Positions 10,929 through 22,588 of a DNA stretch of 64,000 nt are shown here, piece after piece. Under the pieces are notes generated by a model, which did no database searches, was not told the origin of the DNA, and saw only the letters and a list, made by a program, of their open reading frames with translations. Each line of letters starts with the position of its first letter. Within the stretch, counting starts at the first letter, position 1. This DNA is from Mustelus asterias (Eukaryota): the NCBI RefSeq assembly GCF_964213995.1, contig NC_135830.1:6758001-6822000 (forward strand), in the 5' to 3' direction. The translations under genes were made by a program, and so were the position numbers.

Positions 10929-11010
10929 GTTAGCGGAGCCGCATGGTCTTAATTACTAAATTTAAGTTTCAATATCTGAATTGCTGTGGATTCAAATCCC
11001 ACCACTGCCG
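10929..11010 (+). pseudogene. tRNA-Leu-like remnant
   Basis: Ends in GTGGATTCAAATCCCACCACTGCC. The 5' half is heavily decayed. Confidence 0.5.
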
Positions 11011-11180
11011 AAAAGTGCAGCTCGTTTGTCTTTTCAGCGAATGGCATTCTGTAAGAACGAAAAAGGAGGGATGAAAGGTGCAGCGTGACCTTCTAGAACA
11101 GAAGGTTCTCGACAGCAACTTTTGTTGCTGTTACTATTCAATGATTTAATATGAGTAACACGAACACATTGACACCGGTT

Positions 11181-11258
11181 GCAGTGGTGGCCAAGCGGCT
11201 CAGGCGGTGGATTTGAAATTATTGTTTTCTCACGGAGATTTGAACCTCACCCAATGCG
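11181..11258 (+). pseudogene. tRNA-Ser(TGA)-like remnant
   Basis: GCAGTGGTGGCCAAGCGGCTCAGGCGGTGGATTTGAAAT...TTGAACC...TGCG. Confidence 0.55.
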
Positions 11259-12254
11259 CTGCTCAGCATTCATTCCTTTCGATGACTGCAGAATTATTAT
11301 TCTTTCAATGGAATCAAAATCTTTCAAATATTCCCATCTGTTTTTCCTGCTTCACTTCGCATTCCTTCATTTCTGTTCATCAGCTAGAAATCACCAAAAC
11401 CCCAGCCAGAAATGGAACAAAACTGAACCCAGTTAGTGACATCATTGATCTATGGGTGTTTGTGTCTTGTCAGCCCTCTGTGACTCTCGGTGTCTGTGTG
11501 TGTTCCTCTGTGCATCAATGTGATTCAGTTCCCAGAGGGGGTGAAGACATTTTTTAACATCACAAACTGAGTTCACTTATTGATATACGTCAGTGGCAAA
11601 TGGTAGAGAATAACAACATGTTTGAAAGTTGCGAGAAAGATTAACTGGTACAGGCTTTTTTTGACTGGCTATTGCTTATTGACTCAGTCGCCGTGTGTTG
11701 CACAGCAGAGGATGATTGAAATTTTCACTGATCAACATTTAAACAGACAGTGGATTCACTCGGTGTGATGTTGCATTCCAGTTCTATATCTACAACTACA
11801 GCATCAATTTCTACCAGTTACTGTGAATCCCATATTTCTAATCGATTGGAAATATACAACAGCATGAGGGGGTAGAGGGGGTCTATTTGGGGGCAGGGCG
11901 GGGAGAGGGTCGGTGGAAACAAGCTCTCAGCATGTACACTGTCAAACAGTCTCGTCTGTTAGAGGGGTTCTATTTGGCGCAGGATGCTCTCAAACCTCCT
12001 CCCTTTCAGTTGGCAGCAACTTTCCTGAACAATTTTCCAACAGAAATCCTGCGGCAGTTTAAATTCAGCGTTTCACTGCCTGGATCCAATTCAATTCCCA
12101 TTCTCGATGCTGTGCTAATTGCTGTAACTCGCAATCAGTTACTGGTTTGCAAAGAGTCATATTGGACTCGGAAACTTAATTCTATATCTTGCTCCACATT
12201 TGTTGCAAGCCCTGTTGAGAACTTACAGCACTTTCTGCTTTTATTATAAAATGA

Positions 12255-12870
12255 ATAATAGGAGAAGAAGCAGACCACTCAGTCCATCGGGATTGTTCCG
12301 CTACTCAATACCATCTTGATCGATCTTGGGCTACAACTCAGTTTTTCCACCATCTCCCCTTATCGCTGAATTCCCCAAGAGACCAGAAACTTGTTCATCC
12401 AACCTTAAATGTACTCGATGATGGGGCATACATAACTGTCAGGTACAGAGAATGCCAAAGATTCTCAGCCCTTTGAGTAAAGTAATTTCTCCTTATCTTA
12501 GCCCGAAATGATCAGCCCCTTATCTGTTCCACAGTGGGTTAGATTCCCCGACCAGCAGAAAAAAAACAATCTCCCATCAAACCTACTCAGAGCTGTGTCG
12601 GTTTAATGAGATCGCCTCTTATTCTTCTAAACTCCAGAGAATTTCATCACAGGACAACTCCCTCACCCCAGGGAGCAATCTGGTGAATCTTCTCTTTACC
12701 GTTTCCAATGCAAGCACGTCCCTTTGACTATCACACCTGCACAGAATATTCAACATGTGGTCCCAACCAGCCCTGTGCAACAGCAGAAACACCTCGTTAT
12801 TCTTGGACTCCAGTCTGCCGGCAATGAAGACCAAAATGTAATTCCACTTCCAATTACCTGCTGCACCTAC
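12255..12870 (-). mobile_element. Old CR1 fragment (paralog at ~21715-22310)
   Basis: ORF 12619-12834 contains DVLALETVKRRFTRLLPG. Confidence 0.75.
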
Positions 12871-13096
12871 ATGCGAGCTGAATGCATTCCTTGTACAAAC
12901 GAATCTATTCTATTCTTAATATCAACATTTACATTTTCAACTCATCAAATATATCCTGCTCTTTCTATTTTTTTATGAAGAAGAATAACTTCTCGTTTTT
13001 CAAGTTTGCACCTGATCTGCTCCTTCACTCAGAAAAGCTCTCTGTTTCATCTCGCAGTCTGTTGGATTCCACCCCACAGCTTCTATCAACTAAGCT

Positions 13097-13171
13097 TGGT
13101 CGACAGCGAGAGTTGAAGGCACGATCCCTGGTTGACCAAGACCAGGGCTCTATCCACTCAGCTACGGAGCC
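13097..13171 (-). pseudogene. tRNA-Thr(TGT) pseudogene
   Basis: GGCTCCGTAGCTGAGTGGATAGAGCCCTGGTCTTGGTCAACCAGGG..., decayed. Confidence 0.7.
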
Positions 13172-13410
13172 AAGCGCTGCAAGTTTTATACATTGCGTGT
13201 AGTATTATCAGTGGATTGAGGAGCAGCATAGGGATTGAGGTCGGAGATTTTTAATCTGGTGGAGATTTTGATTTGGTGGAGAGCAGGAAATTAAAAGAGG
13301 CAACTTGAAAATGACATGATTTGACATGTGTGCTCTGTGTGTATCTGACATGTATGTTGTGCTTGTTATGTGATTCTTCTTCAGAGTTTATCGTTAGTGT
13401 TACATGGATT

Positions 13411-13888
13411 CATAGAGTCATAGAGTCATAGAGGTTTACAGCATGGAAATAGACCCTTCGGCCCAACTTGTCCTTGCCGCCTTTTTTTTAAACCCCTAAC
13501 CTAATCCCAATTGCCCGCATTTGGCCCATATCCCTCGATACCAATCGTACCCATGTGACCATCTAAATGCCTTTTAAAATACAAAATTGTACCCGCCTCT
13601 CCTACTGCATCTGGCAGCTTGTTCCAGACACTCACCACCCTCTGTATGAAAAAATTGGCCCACTGGAGGCTTTTGTATCTCTCCCCTTTCACCTTAAACC
13701 TATGCCCTCTAGTTTTAGACTCCCCTACCTTTGGGAAAATATATTGACTATCTAGTTGATCTGTGCCCCTCATTATTTTATAGACCTCTATAAGATCACC
13801 CCTCAGCCTCCTATGCTCCAGAGAAAAAAGTCGCAGTCTATCCAGCCTCTCCTTATAACTTAATCCATCAAGTCCCGGTAGCATCCTG
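13411..13888 (-). mobile_element. 5'-truncated CR1, present only in duplication copy A
   Basis: (CTCTATGA)n tail and RT C-terminus. Absent at the homologous site ~22820. Confidence 0.9.
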
Positions 13889-14615
13889 GACTTGCATCTC
13901 TGACTTTTCCAACTCCGATGCAAGTTCATCCAGCTGGAAGATTTAGATATTGCTCCCTTCACAAACGCTATGAGGCGGGTTTTCATTAAATGAAGAATTG
14001 GACAAAAAGTTATTCACTCTGTGACTGGGAATTGAAACGACGTCACGGCGCCGATTCTGGTCACTAGACCCTCAGAGACGCTGATGTGAGAGATTTGTAA
14101 TGAGTTGATCATCTCTGTACCCAATGCTTCATTTCCAATAACTTTCATTAAAAATACGGAATGACGGGAGGCGTCCATGACAGGATTTGAGCCTCAGTTA
14201 GAAAATCCCAATCTACCCCTGGGCCGGGACTGCAGTCTCAATGTTTGCAATCCTGTTGTTTATATCGGCAGATAGCCATTCAGCCTGTGTTCCCGTTTGT
14301 ATTCTCTGTCGGAGCAACTCAATTCCTTCCAGTCTTGACAAAGGGTGATCTGGAATCGAAACGTCAGCTTTCTTCTCTCATAACTGATGCTGCCAGACTT
14401 GCTGACATTTTCCAGCATTTTCCCGTTTTGTTTCCGATTCCAGCATCGACAATAATTTGCTCCACTCCTTCCACATCCGCTTCTTTACCTCAACAACTGT
14501 TTACATTGGTCAGTGTCTCCGCTTTCTTCCTGCCAAAAACGACACGGCACAAACTCCTGCATTCAATCTGAACTGCTGGATTTCAGCTGCAGGGACCAAA
14601 ACTCAAGCCCACTCG

Positions 14616-14694
14616 AGCAATGGCGGGATTTGAACCCACAGATTATACAGAAACTGGACCTAACTACGGGTTTAAACTGCTCCGCCACGCTACC
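14616..14694 (-). pseudogene. tRNA-Leu pseudogene (paralogs 23542-23624, 36637-36719)
   Basis: Flanks and body are homologous to the intact Leu-TAG at 9467. Confidence 0.7.
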
Positions 14695-15799
14695 CCGTAA
14701 CGATCCTGCTCTTTACTGAAAGCGTTACTGAAATTCAGTAGCAGCAAAGGAGCTGAGAAAGGCCATCAGTCGGTTTGAGCCTGCTCCTTCACTGAATCAA
14801 TTCATCCTGAACTGTGGAACAAACAGAAATCACATCCAGTCAGAAACAGAATCAGCTGCAGTGAAGGACCGGCACCATTTAAACTGCCTTAACCTTGTCT
14901 GATTCCCAATATCCTGCCAGATATGACATGAAAACCTCCTGTTGAATTTGCTCAGTCTTCACCTCAGGACACGAGGAAAGATTGTGTTTTATATGTTCCA
15001 CCAAGCAATACCTGACATTTGTTTTTATGGTTTGGATGAGAGCAACAAATCTTCATTTCCTGACCTGTAATCTGAAAAGCAGTGAAAGTGTCAAACTCTA
15101 ACCATCAGACCAACCTATTTTACAGTTTTTTCTTATCCACGCTGCTTTTGTTATTTTAATTTTCGCGCCAGATCACATTCACCACAAGCAAGACTCTGCC
15201 GCAAAATGGCACCTTCTGTTTGCACCACATTGATATATTCAGTCCATTACAACAGACAACAGGCATTCCACGCACAGTTATTACTTTCGCTTCCGACGGT
15301 TCAAAACTGGACAGAAACCTTTTCAAATATTGTCGTTGCAGAGTGAGGGAAAGGTTTAATAATTCAGTGTGAACGCTAAAATCTGACCGATTTACTATCC
15401 AGATGTTAGCTTACATCACCATCTCTATCGTCAGCGCTTTGCAGCGCATCACTATCTTTCTGCTACTATATTTGTTCTTGACCTGTTGCAAATGTGACCT
15501 TTCCAGCTGTGATGTAGACATGCAAAGCTCACTCGGTTGATTTTAGGAGATCTGCTTTTATTTTTAATAGTTTGCCGAGAGCAAAATATAATCGTTTCCT
15601 GAGCGGGAATTGAAACCAAACAACACTGGGGTGGTAATGAACACAACCCACTGGACATCCAGGGTCACGGGTGAAATGTGTTTTTCAAATTGACTTACGA
15701 TACATCTCTTAATATGTCCAGTTTGGATGGAACATGGACTGCTTCAGCTAATGATAACACCGATTGAGTTCGCTGGGACATGAATTCGACAGTGAGGTA

Positions 15800-16205
15800 A
15801 AATAGTCCCACAACATGCTGAAGTGATCGGGGTATATAAAATTCTAAAATAATTGATAGATTGAACGTTGACGAAATGTTTCTTCTCATGGGGCAATGGA
15901 GAACAACAGGTCAAATATGTAGGTTGAGAGGCGGTAGATTTAAAACTGAGATGAGGAGGAACTGCTTCTCGCAGAGGGTCGTGAATTTGTTGAATTCATT
16001 GCCCCATAGCGCGATGGAGTCTGAATCATTAAATGATTTCAAGAAAGCGACAGATATATTCCTAATAATAACAGGGACGAGGGGATATTGGAACAGGTAG
16101 GGAGGTGGATTTGAGAACAGGGAGAGATCAGTCATGAACTGATTGCATGACGGTTCAGGCTCGAAGCACTGAATTTGCCCACTTCTGCTCCTAATTCTAT
16201 TTCCT
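15800..16205 (+). mobile_element. Old CR1 3' fragment (paralogs ~24790-25145 on +, ~32950-33235 on -)
   Basis: FKTEMRRNCFSQRVVNL motif. Confidence 0.75.
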
Positions 16206-16641
16206 AAGTGTAACTTTCAATTTTCAAAACCCACCAACTCATCACTGTGGCTCCAATGTAATCTACGTACATTACATCCACAGGTTCCCCTTCATCCACA
16301 ACGCAACTGCGTCCTGTAAATGACTTGGGAATGGCCCCATTCTGTGGTGTAATTACTTTAAAATTCTTTTTTTCCCTCATTTAAGCTCTCCTGATTTACA
16401 CCCGGCCAGAGGTCTCCCCTCTTGTTATGCTGCTGGATAACACTTGTTTAAAACCTCCTAATTTCTTACCATGCCCCGGAGTAATCATAGATTATGGAGC
16501 TAAAATATGAGATTTGTTTTCCTATGTACTCAAGCTGTCTGACTTTCTGAGTTTTTCGAGCATTTTCACCTTTCACTGCAGAAATCTGTGCAGCTTTGAA
16601 TGGCAATGGAAATATTTTCATTGAACAACTTCCCCAGCAGC

Positions 16642-16730
16642 GGCTCGTTGGACGAGGGGTATGATTCGGGCTGAGGGTGTTAACATCACCAACATGCGAG
16701 ATATCCCGGGTTCAAAGGCCGAGCGAGAGT
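16642..16730 (+). pseudogene. Intron-containing tRNA-Pro pseudogene
   Basis: GGCTCGTTGGACGAGGGGTATGATT...AGG G [TGTTAACATCACCAACA] TGCGAG...GGTTCAAA. Confidence 0.75.
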
Positions 16731-17569
16731 TCTCAATCGGCTGTCGTTTCGTATTGGACAAGTCAAAGGTTTTGTAAATGCATTTGCAGTGCAAACGGTG
16801 GGATTGGTTTTCGTGGGATTTGGTTTGAGAACCTGAGCACACAGTGCAGGCAATCTATCAACACAACACCCACACAAGGAAATCAAGACATTAAAAGGTG
16901 AATATGCTTGTGGCCACTCACTTGATCTCTGGTCATCAGTTTAGAGGACCCCATGTTTGTTGGTTCAGGCAGCTGGCTGTGTGTATATTGTTATTCATTC
17001 ATGGGTTGTTGATGTGTACCTCACTCGCTATTTCTGTTTTTCATTGTCTCTATATATCTCCTTCAGAATCTGTCAGTGTCTCTGACTGTGTTTTTATTAC
17101 GTTGACCGATTTTGATCCTTGCTGTCTTCATTCATTCGCTGTCTCTGTGCATCCGAGGTTCACTGAATTAATTTCTGCGTTTCTCCTGGGAGGAGAGATT
17201 CAGTGGGATGAGTCTGTTCGCTCTGGAGTTTAGAATAATCAGAGGTGATCTTATTGAAAAGTCTGAAAGTAGGAAACAGTTTGACAGTGTACATGCTGAG
17301 AGGCTGTTCCGCCCACCCCTGGCTAGTTTATTATGAACAAAAAAATGTGAATTTTGTAAGAGGAGTTTGGAATGTTTGGGAGAGGTGAAGCTGAGCATTG
17401 GAAGATGTGAATGATGTAATTGATGATTGAGAGGAAGGGATAGGAACCTTGGGGATTCTGCAGGTCGATTCATTGTAAACTTTGAAATCAGAGCAAGCAT
17501 AGACACCAGTTGGAAAAACAATATTTGTCTCCATGCATTTTACGTTATGGAAACCAACCTGATCCATGT

Positions 17570-17642
17570 GCCTGGCGAGCTCAGTCGGTAGAGCATAAGA
17601 CTCTTAATCACAGCTCCGTGGGTTCGAGCCCCACGTTGGGCG
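17570..17642 (+). pseudogene. tRNA-Lys(CTT), degenerate paralog
   Basis: Several substitutions relative to 26518-26590, including a broken anticodon stem. Confidence 0.8.
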
Positions 17643-19177
17643 TCATCGTTTTAAACTTTGCCCCATTCTTGGGTGAATTCCCGATCTCTGTTCCTCGAGA
17701 AGCATCACCGCTCAAACTGAGTCTTTCTCCTTTCTGCGTTGTTTATCTCAGAGTTGTGGGTTTGTGACTGAAAACTGCCTCCTGTTCACTGGAAGGCGGG
17801 ACTTCAGCGCTGAACTCAGCGAGAGGTTTTGTTCTCATTTATTGTGAGATTCAAACCCAGATCGGCGCGATTGTGTCAGTGGGAACAATAATCATCTCCA
17901 TTGTAATTCAATCACTCCAGCCTTCCATCCGATCAAAAGACCGTCTGTTCTTTCCTCCTCTCCCTCTCTATTTTCCTTGATTCTGTACGTGTTTGTAAAC
18001 CATTAAATCACCAATTTCTTCCAGTGAGGGTCAAAGATCAGCAACCTGAATCATTCACTCTCTTTCCCTCCCCACAGAAGTTGTGTGCTTCTAACATTTT
18101 CTGTTTTGAGGTGGGATTTGCAGCAACTACAATACCTTGTTTGGGATCACAGTGGATCACTTTTCTCTGACTGAACCTTACCTGTTTGAACAGTTAAAGG
18201 GCTGAGGTTTTAAATAATGAGACAGCAGAATATGTCACCCTATTTCACATGAAATGAAACAAAATGAGAATTAATCATTTCATAAAATGCTGCGAATGCA
18301 ATATATATTTCATTATCAATGCCAGCATTTGTTGTCCACCCCTATTTCCCACTGAACTGCGTATTTTGCTGGGCCATTTCAGAGGGCAGTTAAGAGTCAA
18401 TCACATTGCCTTGGGTTTGGAGTCCAATGGATACCAGAAATGGGGAAGAATGGCAGATTTCCTTCTGCAAAAGGTCCAGATGAGTTTTCATGACAATCAG
18501 AAAACAAGCTGCATTACTGAGACTAACTTTCACTTCCGTTTCAGTTCTAGACTGTGGTGGGATCGGGACCTGTGAGCCTGAGCCACGGGATTCATGCTCC
18601 ACTGATTTTACCACTACGTCACCATCATCCCCGAAGGGTATAAGTGTAAATCCTTCACATGGAACAAACCGCTTAATTTCACATTGAAAACAAAGATTTA
18701 AAGCAGTGTACTGTAGAAATCGGCGTCAGAGACTCAGCATACCGGGGAATTGATGAGATATCGATTGCGTTCATTCAAAGGCAGAAAAATGTGGTGAATC
18801 CTCAGTGTGAGTGATGAAGGAGCTGCGATCCGAAAGCTAGAGATTCCAAATAAACCTGTTGCACTTTTAGCTGGTGAGAATTCTTACCGGGCAGTGAAGG
18901 GCATTTGATTTACAATTCGCAAAAAGATGATTTTTATAAAATTAACAGCTTTCATCAAATCGCACTGCAATCACATTGCAGACGGTGCAGTGAGTTACTC
19001 TCCTGGCCTCATTGCATCAGCTCCAGAGGACGATTGCTCAAGAACACAAAAAGCTCAGCGATAAAGATGTAGTTACACAGACTCGATAGACAAGAGCTGA
19101 TGCAAAGAGGGATAGCAGCAAGCACACTTGCTTCATTCATCAAGGATTACCGTAGAGCACGAGACCTTTCTCCTAAA

Positions 19178-19273
19178 CCACACACGCACGCACGCACACA
19201 CCCGCCTGCCCGCCCACCCGCACGCACCCACCCACACACGCACGCACGCACCCAGCCGCACGCACACGCACAC
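19178..19273 (+). repeat. Imperfect (CACG/CA/CCCG)n microsatellite
   Basis: Expanded relative to the paralog at ~28064-28088. Confidence 0.85.
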
Positions 19274-19303
19274 TTGCTCAATAATGCTCAGGACACCTCA
19301 ATT

Positions 19304-19375
19304 TCCTTGTTGGTCCAGTCGTTAGAATTCGCCGCCTTCAATGCCATGGTCTGGGTTCGATTCCCGGTTAGGGAA
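19304..19375 (+). pseudogene. tRNA-Glu(TTC) pseudogene (paralog 28120-28191)
   Basis: TCCTTGTTGGTCCAGTCGTTAGAATTCG...GGGTTCGATTCCCGGTTAGGGAA. Confidence 0.75.
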
Positions 19376-20508
19376 TGATGATTCATTCTCTCGTGCAACA
19401 CATGAATTAAGGAGAGTGGGTATTGCTTCCTGATTCAAAACGGGAGCGATACTTGTGGCAGGTTGAACAGCAGGGAGGACAAATTTGCCACAATCCACAA
19501 TCCTGTCAATTACCCACAACAATTAATATTTACATTACGAAGTCTCACAACACGCGATCAATTTGGAATCAAGAGCTTTCGGGGCGCTGATAAAATAAAG
19601 CAAATTTATTTTATTATTGGAGCAATTGAACCAGTTGGACTTTAACATGATGCTCTGAGTCTTCTTATTCTGCCCATCCCAGTCCAACGCCCGTATCTCG
19701 ACATCATATTTACATTGCAATTGCTGGCACCTCCTGTCAAAATGAGTGAGCTACCTTCTGCTGCATTAAATTTCACTGCAGCTCACCACATTCAAAGAGT
19801 AATGTTTGTTATAAACCTTATTGCAGTAAATCTGTTGAAACGATTCAGCTTATCACAGCTCCGCTTTCATCACACTGGAAGCTAATGTGAAAATATGAAC
19901 AATTTCAAAGCTGAACAACGTGCACAAGATTGGAAGGTGAGTGCAACCGTGAGTAATTGGCACTGTGCATAATCCTGTACTCAGTTTCTGGGAGAATCAG
20001 GAAGATGAAATTCTGGTGTTCCAGTGGTTAGGATTCGGCGCTTTCAGAGTCATAGATCGGCTTCGATATGCTAAGATTTAAAGTTTTCATAATCCGTTCA
20101 ACAAACCTGAATTGCTTCCTGATCGAAAACAGCTCTGTCAGAAGCAGTGCAGTTAGATCTATAATTCTGTGTCTGAATTGGAAATGTCACACGGGCAACA
20201 GTTTAAGAATAAACACAGATAGTGAAAGGCCGTGATAGGCTGCAAAGCGCTGCCAATAGAGATGGGGATACAAATCTGTATGACAATGGGGTAGATTTTA
20301 TCGATTAGGTTGACACAAATATCTCCTCGACCTGGATCCAAATCTCAGCCAAATCACAAGAAAACATCTCGCTAACTTAAACACTAAGCTTTCCGACTTC
20401 ACTCAGAAACCAGTAACTCTGAGACAAAGCGGGATGCAGTCTGACCACTCGATCCCCCTCCACACTTAATAAGAATATGCTGGATCCCGTGAACCAGCTT
20501 GCGACTGA

Positions 20509-20580
20509 GGGGGTGTAGCTCAGCGGTAGCGCATTTGACTGCAGATCAAGAGGTCCTCGGTTCAAATCCGAATCCCCTCT
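20509..20580 (+). pseudogene. tRNA-Cys(GCA), probably non-functional
   Basis: Cys body with an intact anticodon arm but mismatches in the acceptor, D and T stems. Confidence 0.75.
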
Positions 20581-21217
20581 TCCTTGTCGAGCTGATACTT
20601 TTTTTTCAATTGGAACTGTCTTTCATTGGCTGCACAGCGCTTTGTGACGTCCAGCAACCGGGAAAGGCGCGACATAAATACAAGTCGGTCTTTCATTAAT
20701 TATCTTTAATCCCAATCCTTTGGTTACTGACCCTCGTCAGTGGAAACAGTGTGTCCCTATCTGCTCTATCAAACAGCCCTTTCCCATGTGAACTATCTGC
20801 TCTCAATCTCAGGACTTTGCAATTATAAAAACAGCATTCTGGTGAAAGTTTAACTCAGTCCTCATTCCACTGATCTTTGCCGACTTGCTGTGTATTTTCC
20901 TTATTGAACACATTTCAGGTTGCGACAGACAGATTCCTGAGAAATCTGAGAAAGAAGGGGAGTGTGCAGGAAAATGGAAACCCAAGATCAAACATGGGTT
21001 AAAGTTTCGAGTTCAGTTATTGAGTTTAATAATATTTGAAATATATAAATTGTTACAAATAAGATGTTGGAGATAAATGTTCAATAAACTAACGTCGGCT
21101 AACAGTAGAGGCAGAAACACACGATAAGTTTTTTTTTAGTGTTGCCCAAGGACTCAGTGACACTCAAAAACCGAGAGACAATGAAAGCAGATGGAGAGGA
21201 AAAAAAAGTGAAAGCCC

Positions 21218-21291
21218 CGTCCCTGGATGGTCTCGAACCATCAACCTTTCAGTTAACAGCCGAACGCGCTAACCAATTGCGCCACAGAGAC
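21218..21291 (-). tRNA. tRNA-Asn(GTT)
   Basis: GTCTCTGTGGCGCAATTGGTTAGCGCGTTCGGCT-GTT-AACTGAAAGGTTGATGGTTCGAGACCATCCAGGGACG. Compensatory T stem GATGG/CCATC. T8 terminator at 21200-21207. Confidence 0.9.
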
Positions 21292-22522
21292 TGACGAAAA
21301 TGAAGCTTACATGGCATCCTAAATCAGGGTGACAGCGTGTTGGCTGCAAGTTAGACGCCAATTCAATTTTCACCAAACCTGACACAGAAAGACCAAATGA
21401 TGGCATCGTTTACAAATCTAAACATGTATATTTTATTATTTTACCCCACAGTGTTGTTGTGGTGTAATGGTTCATCCCTTCTAACATGGAAAACGACCGT
21501 TTGATAGAGCAGGGAGGGACAGACTGTTCCCACTGACTGGGCTCAGTAACAGAGGACGAGGATTGAAGATCATGAAATATTTGCATTTATATAGAACCTA
21601 TCCCGACCAGCGGACGTCACAAAGCACTTTCCAGTCAATGAAGGGCAGTACCTTAATTAACACGTTTTACTTGTTTCCTTAAAGTTCTTGGTTATTTGAA
21701 TAAAATAGCTTCTTATGGCTGATCTTGGAGTACAACTCAGTTTTTCACCAGCTCCCCATATCCCTGAATTCCCCGAGAGGCCAGAAACCTGTCTATCCCA
21801 ACCTTAAATATATTCGATGATGGAGCTTCCATAACTGTCTGGCATAGGGAATTTCAAAGATTCACAACCATTTCAGTGAAGTAATTTCGCCTTATCATAG
21901 GCCGAAATAATCAGCCCATTTTCCTGAGACTGTACTGCCGTGGGTTAGATTTCCCGCCAAGCAGAAGAAATCTCTCAGCCTCCACCCTGTCAAACCCAAT
22001 CAGACTTGTGTAGGTTTAATGAAATCGCCTCTCATTCTTCCAAACTCCAGAGACTTTCAGCCCAATTTACTCAGCCTCTCATCATACGACAACTCCCTCA
22101 TCCCAGGGATCATTTGCTGAACCTTATCTGCACCGTTTCCAATGCAAATAAACCCTTTATTAAATGTGAATATCATATCTGCACAGAATATTCAACATGT
22201 GGTCTCAACAAAACTCTGTGCAACTGCAGCAACACCTCGTTATACTTGGACTCCAGTCTGCCGTCAAGAAAGACTGAAATGCAAGTTTCCTTCCAATCAT
22301 TGCCTGCACCTACATGCCAGCTTTATGCATTCCTTGTACAAACGCATCTATTCTCAATATCGACACTAACCTTTTTTAGCTCTTCAAATATGTCCTGCTC
22401 TTTCGATTTTTTTACGAAGAAGGACATATCTTTTCGCTTTCCAAAATCACACCCGATCTGAACCTCGACTTATCTCTTCTTTGACTTTTAGACTCCCTTC
22501 CCTACAGCTAAACTTTGCCCGT

Positions 22523-22588
22523 AGGCTCCAGCGAGAATGGAACTCGCGACCCCTGGTTTACAAGACCAGTGCTCTAACCACTGGAGCC
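22523..22588 (-). pseudogene. tRNA-Thr(TGT) with 7-nt deletion in the A box/D stem
   Basis: GGCTCCA^GTGGTTAGAGCACTGGTCT-TGT-AAACCAGGGGTCGCGAGTTCCATTCTCGCTGGAGCCT. Confidence 0.85.

Larger units (their letters stand above)
12320..20260 (+). repeat. Segmental duplication copy A (tRNA block Thr-Glu-Leu-Glu-Pro-Lys-Glu)
   Basis: Colinear similarity to 21720-29074 throughout, e.g. 14180-14290 vs 23105-23220, 17780-17940 vs 26712-26870, and 20090-20260 vs 28905-29074. Confidence 0.92.
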
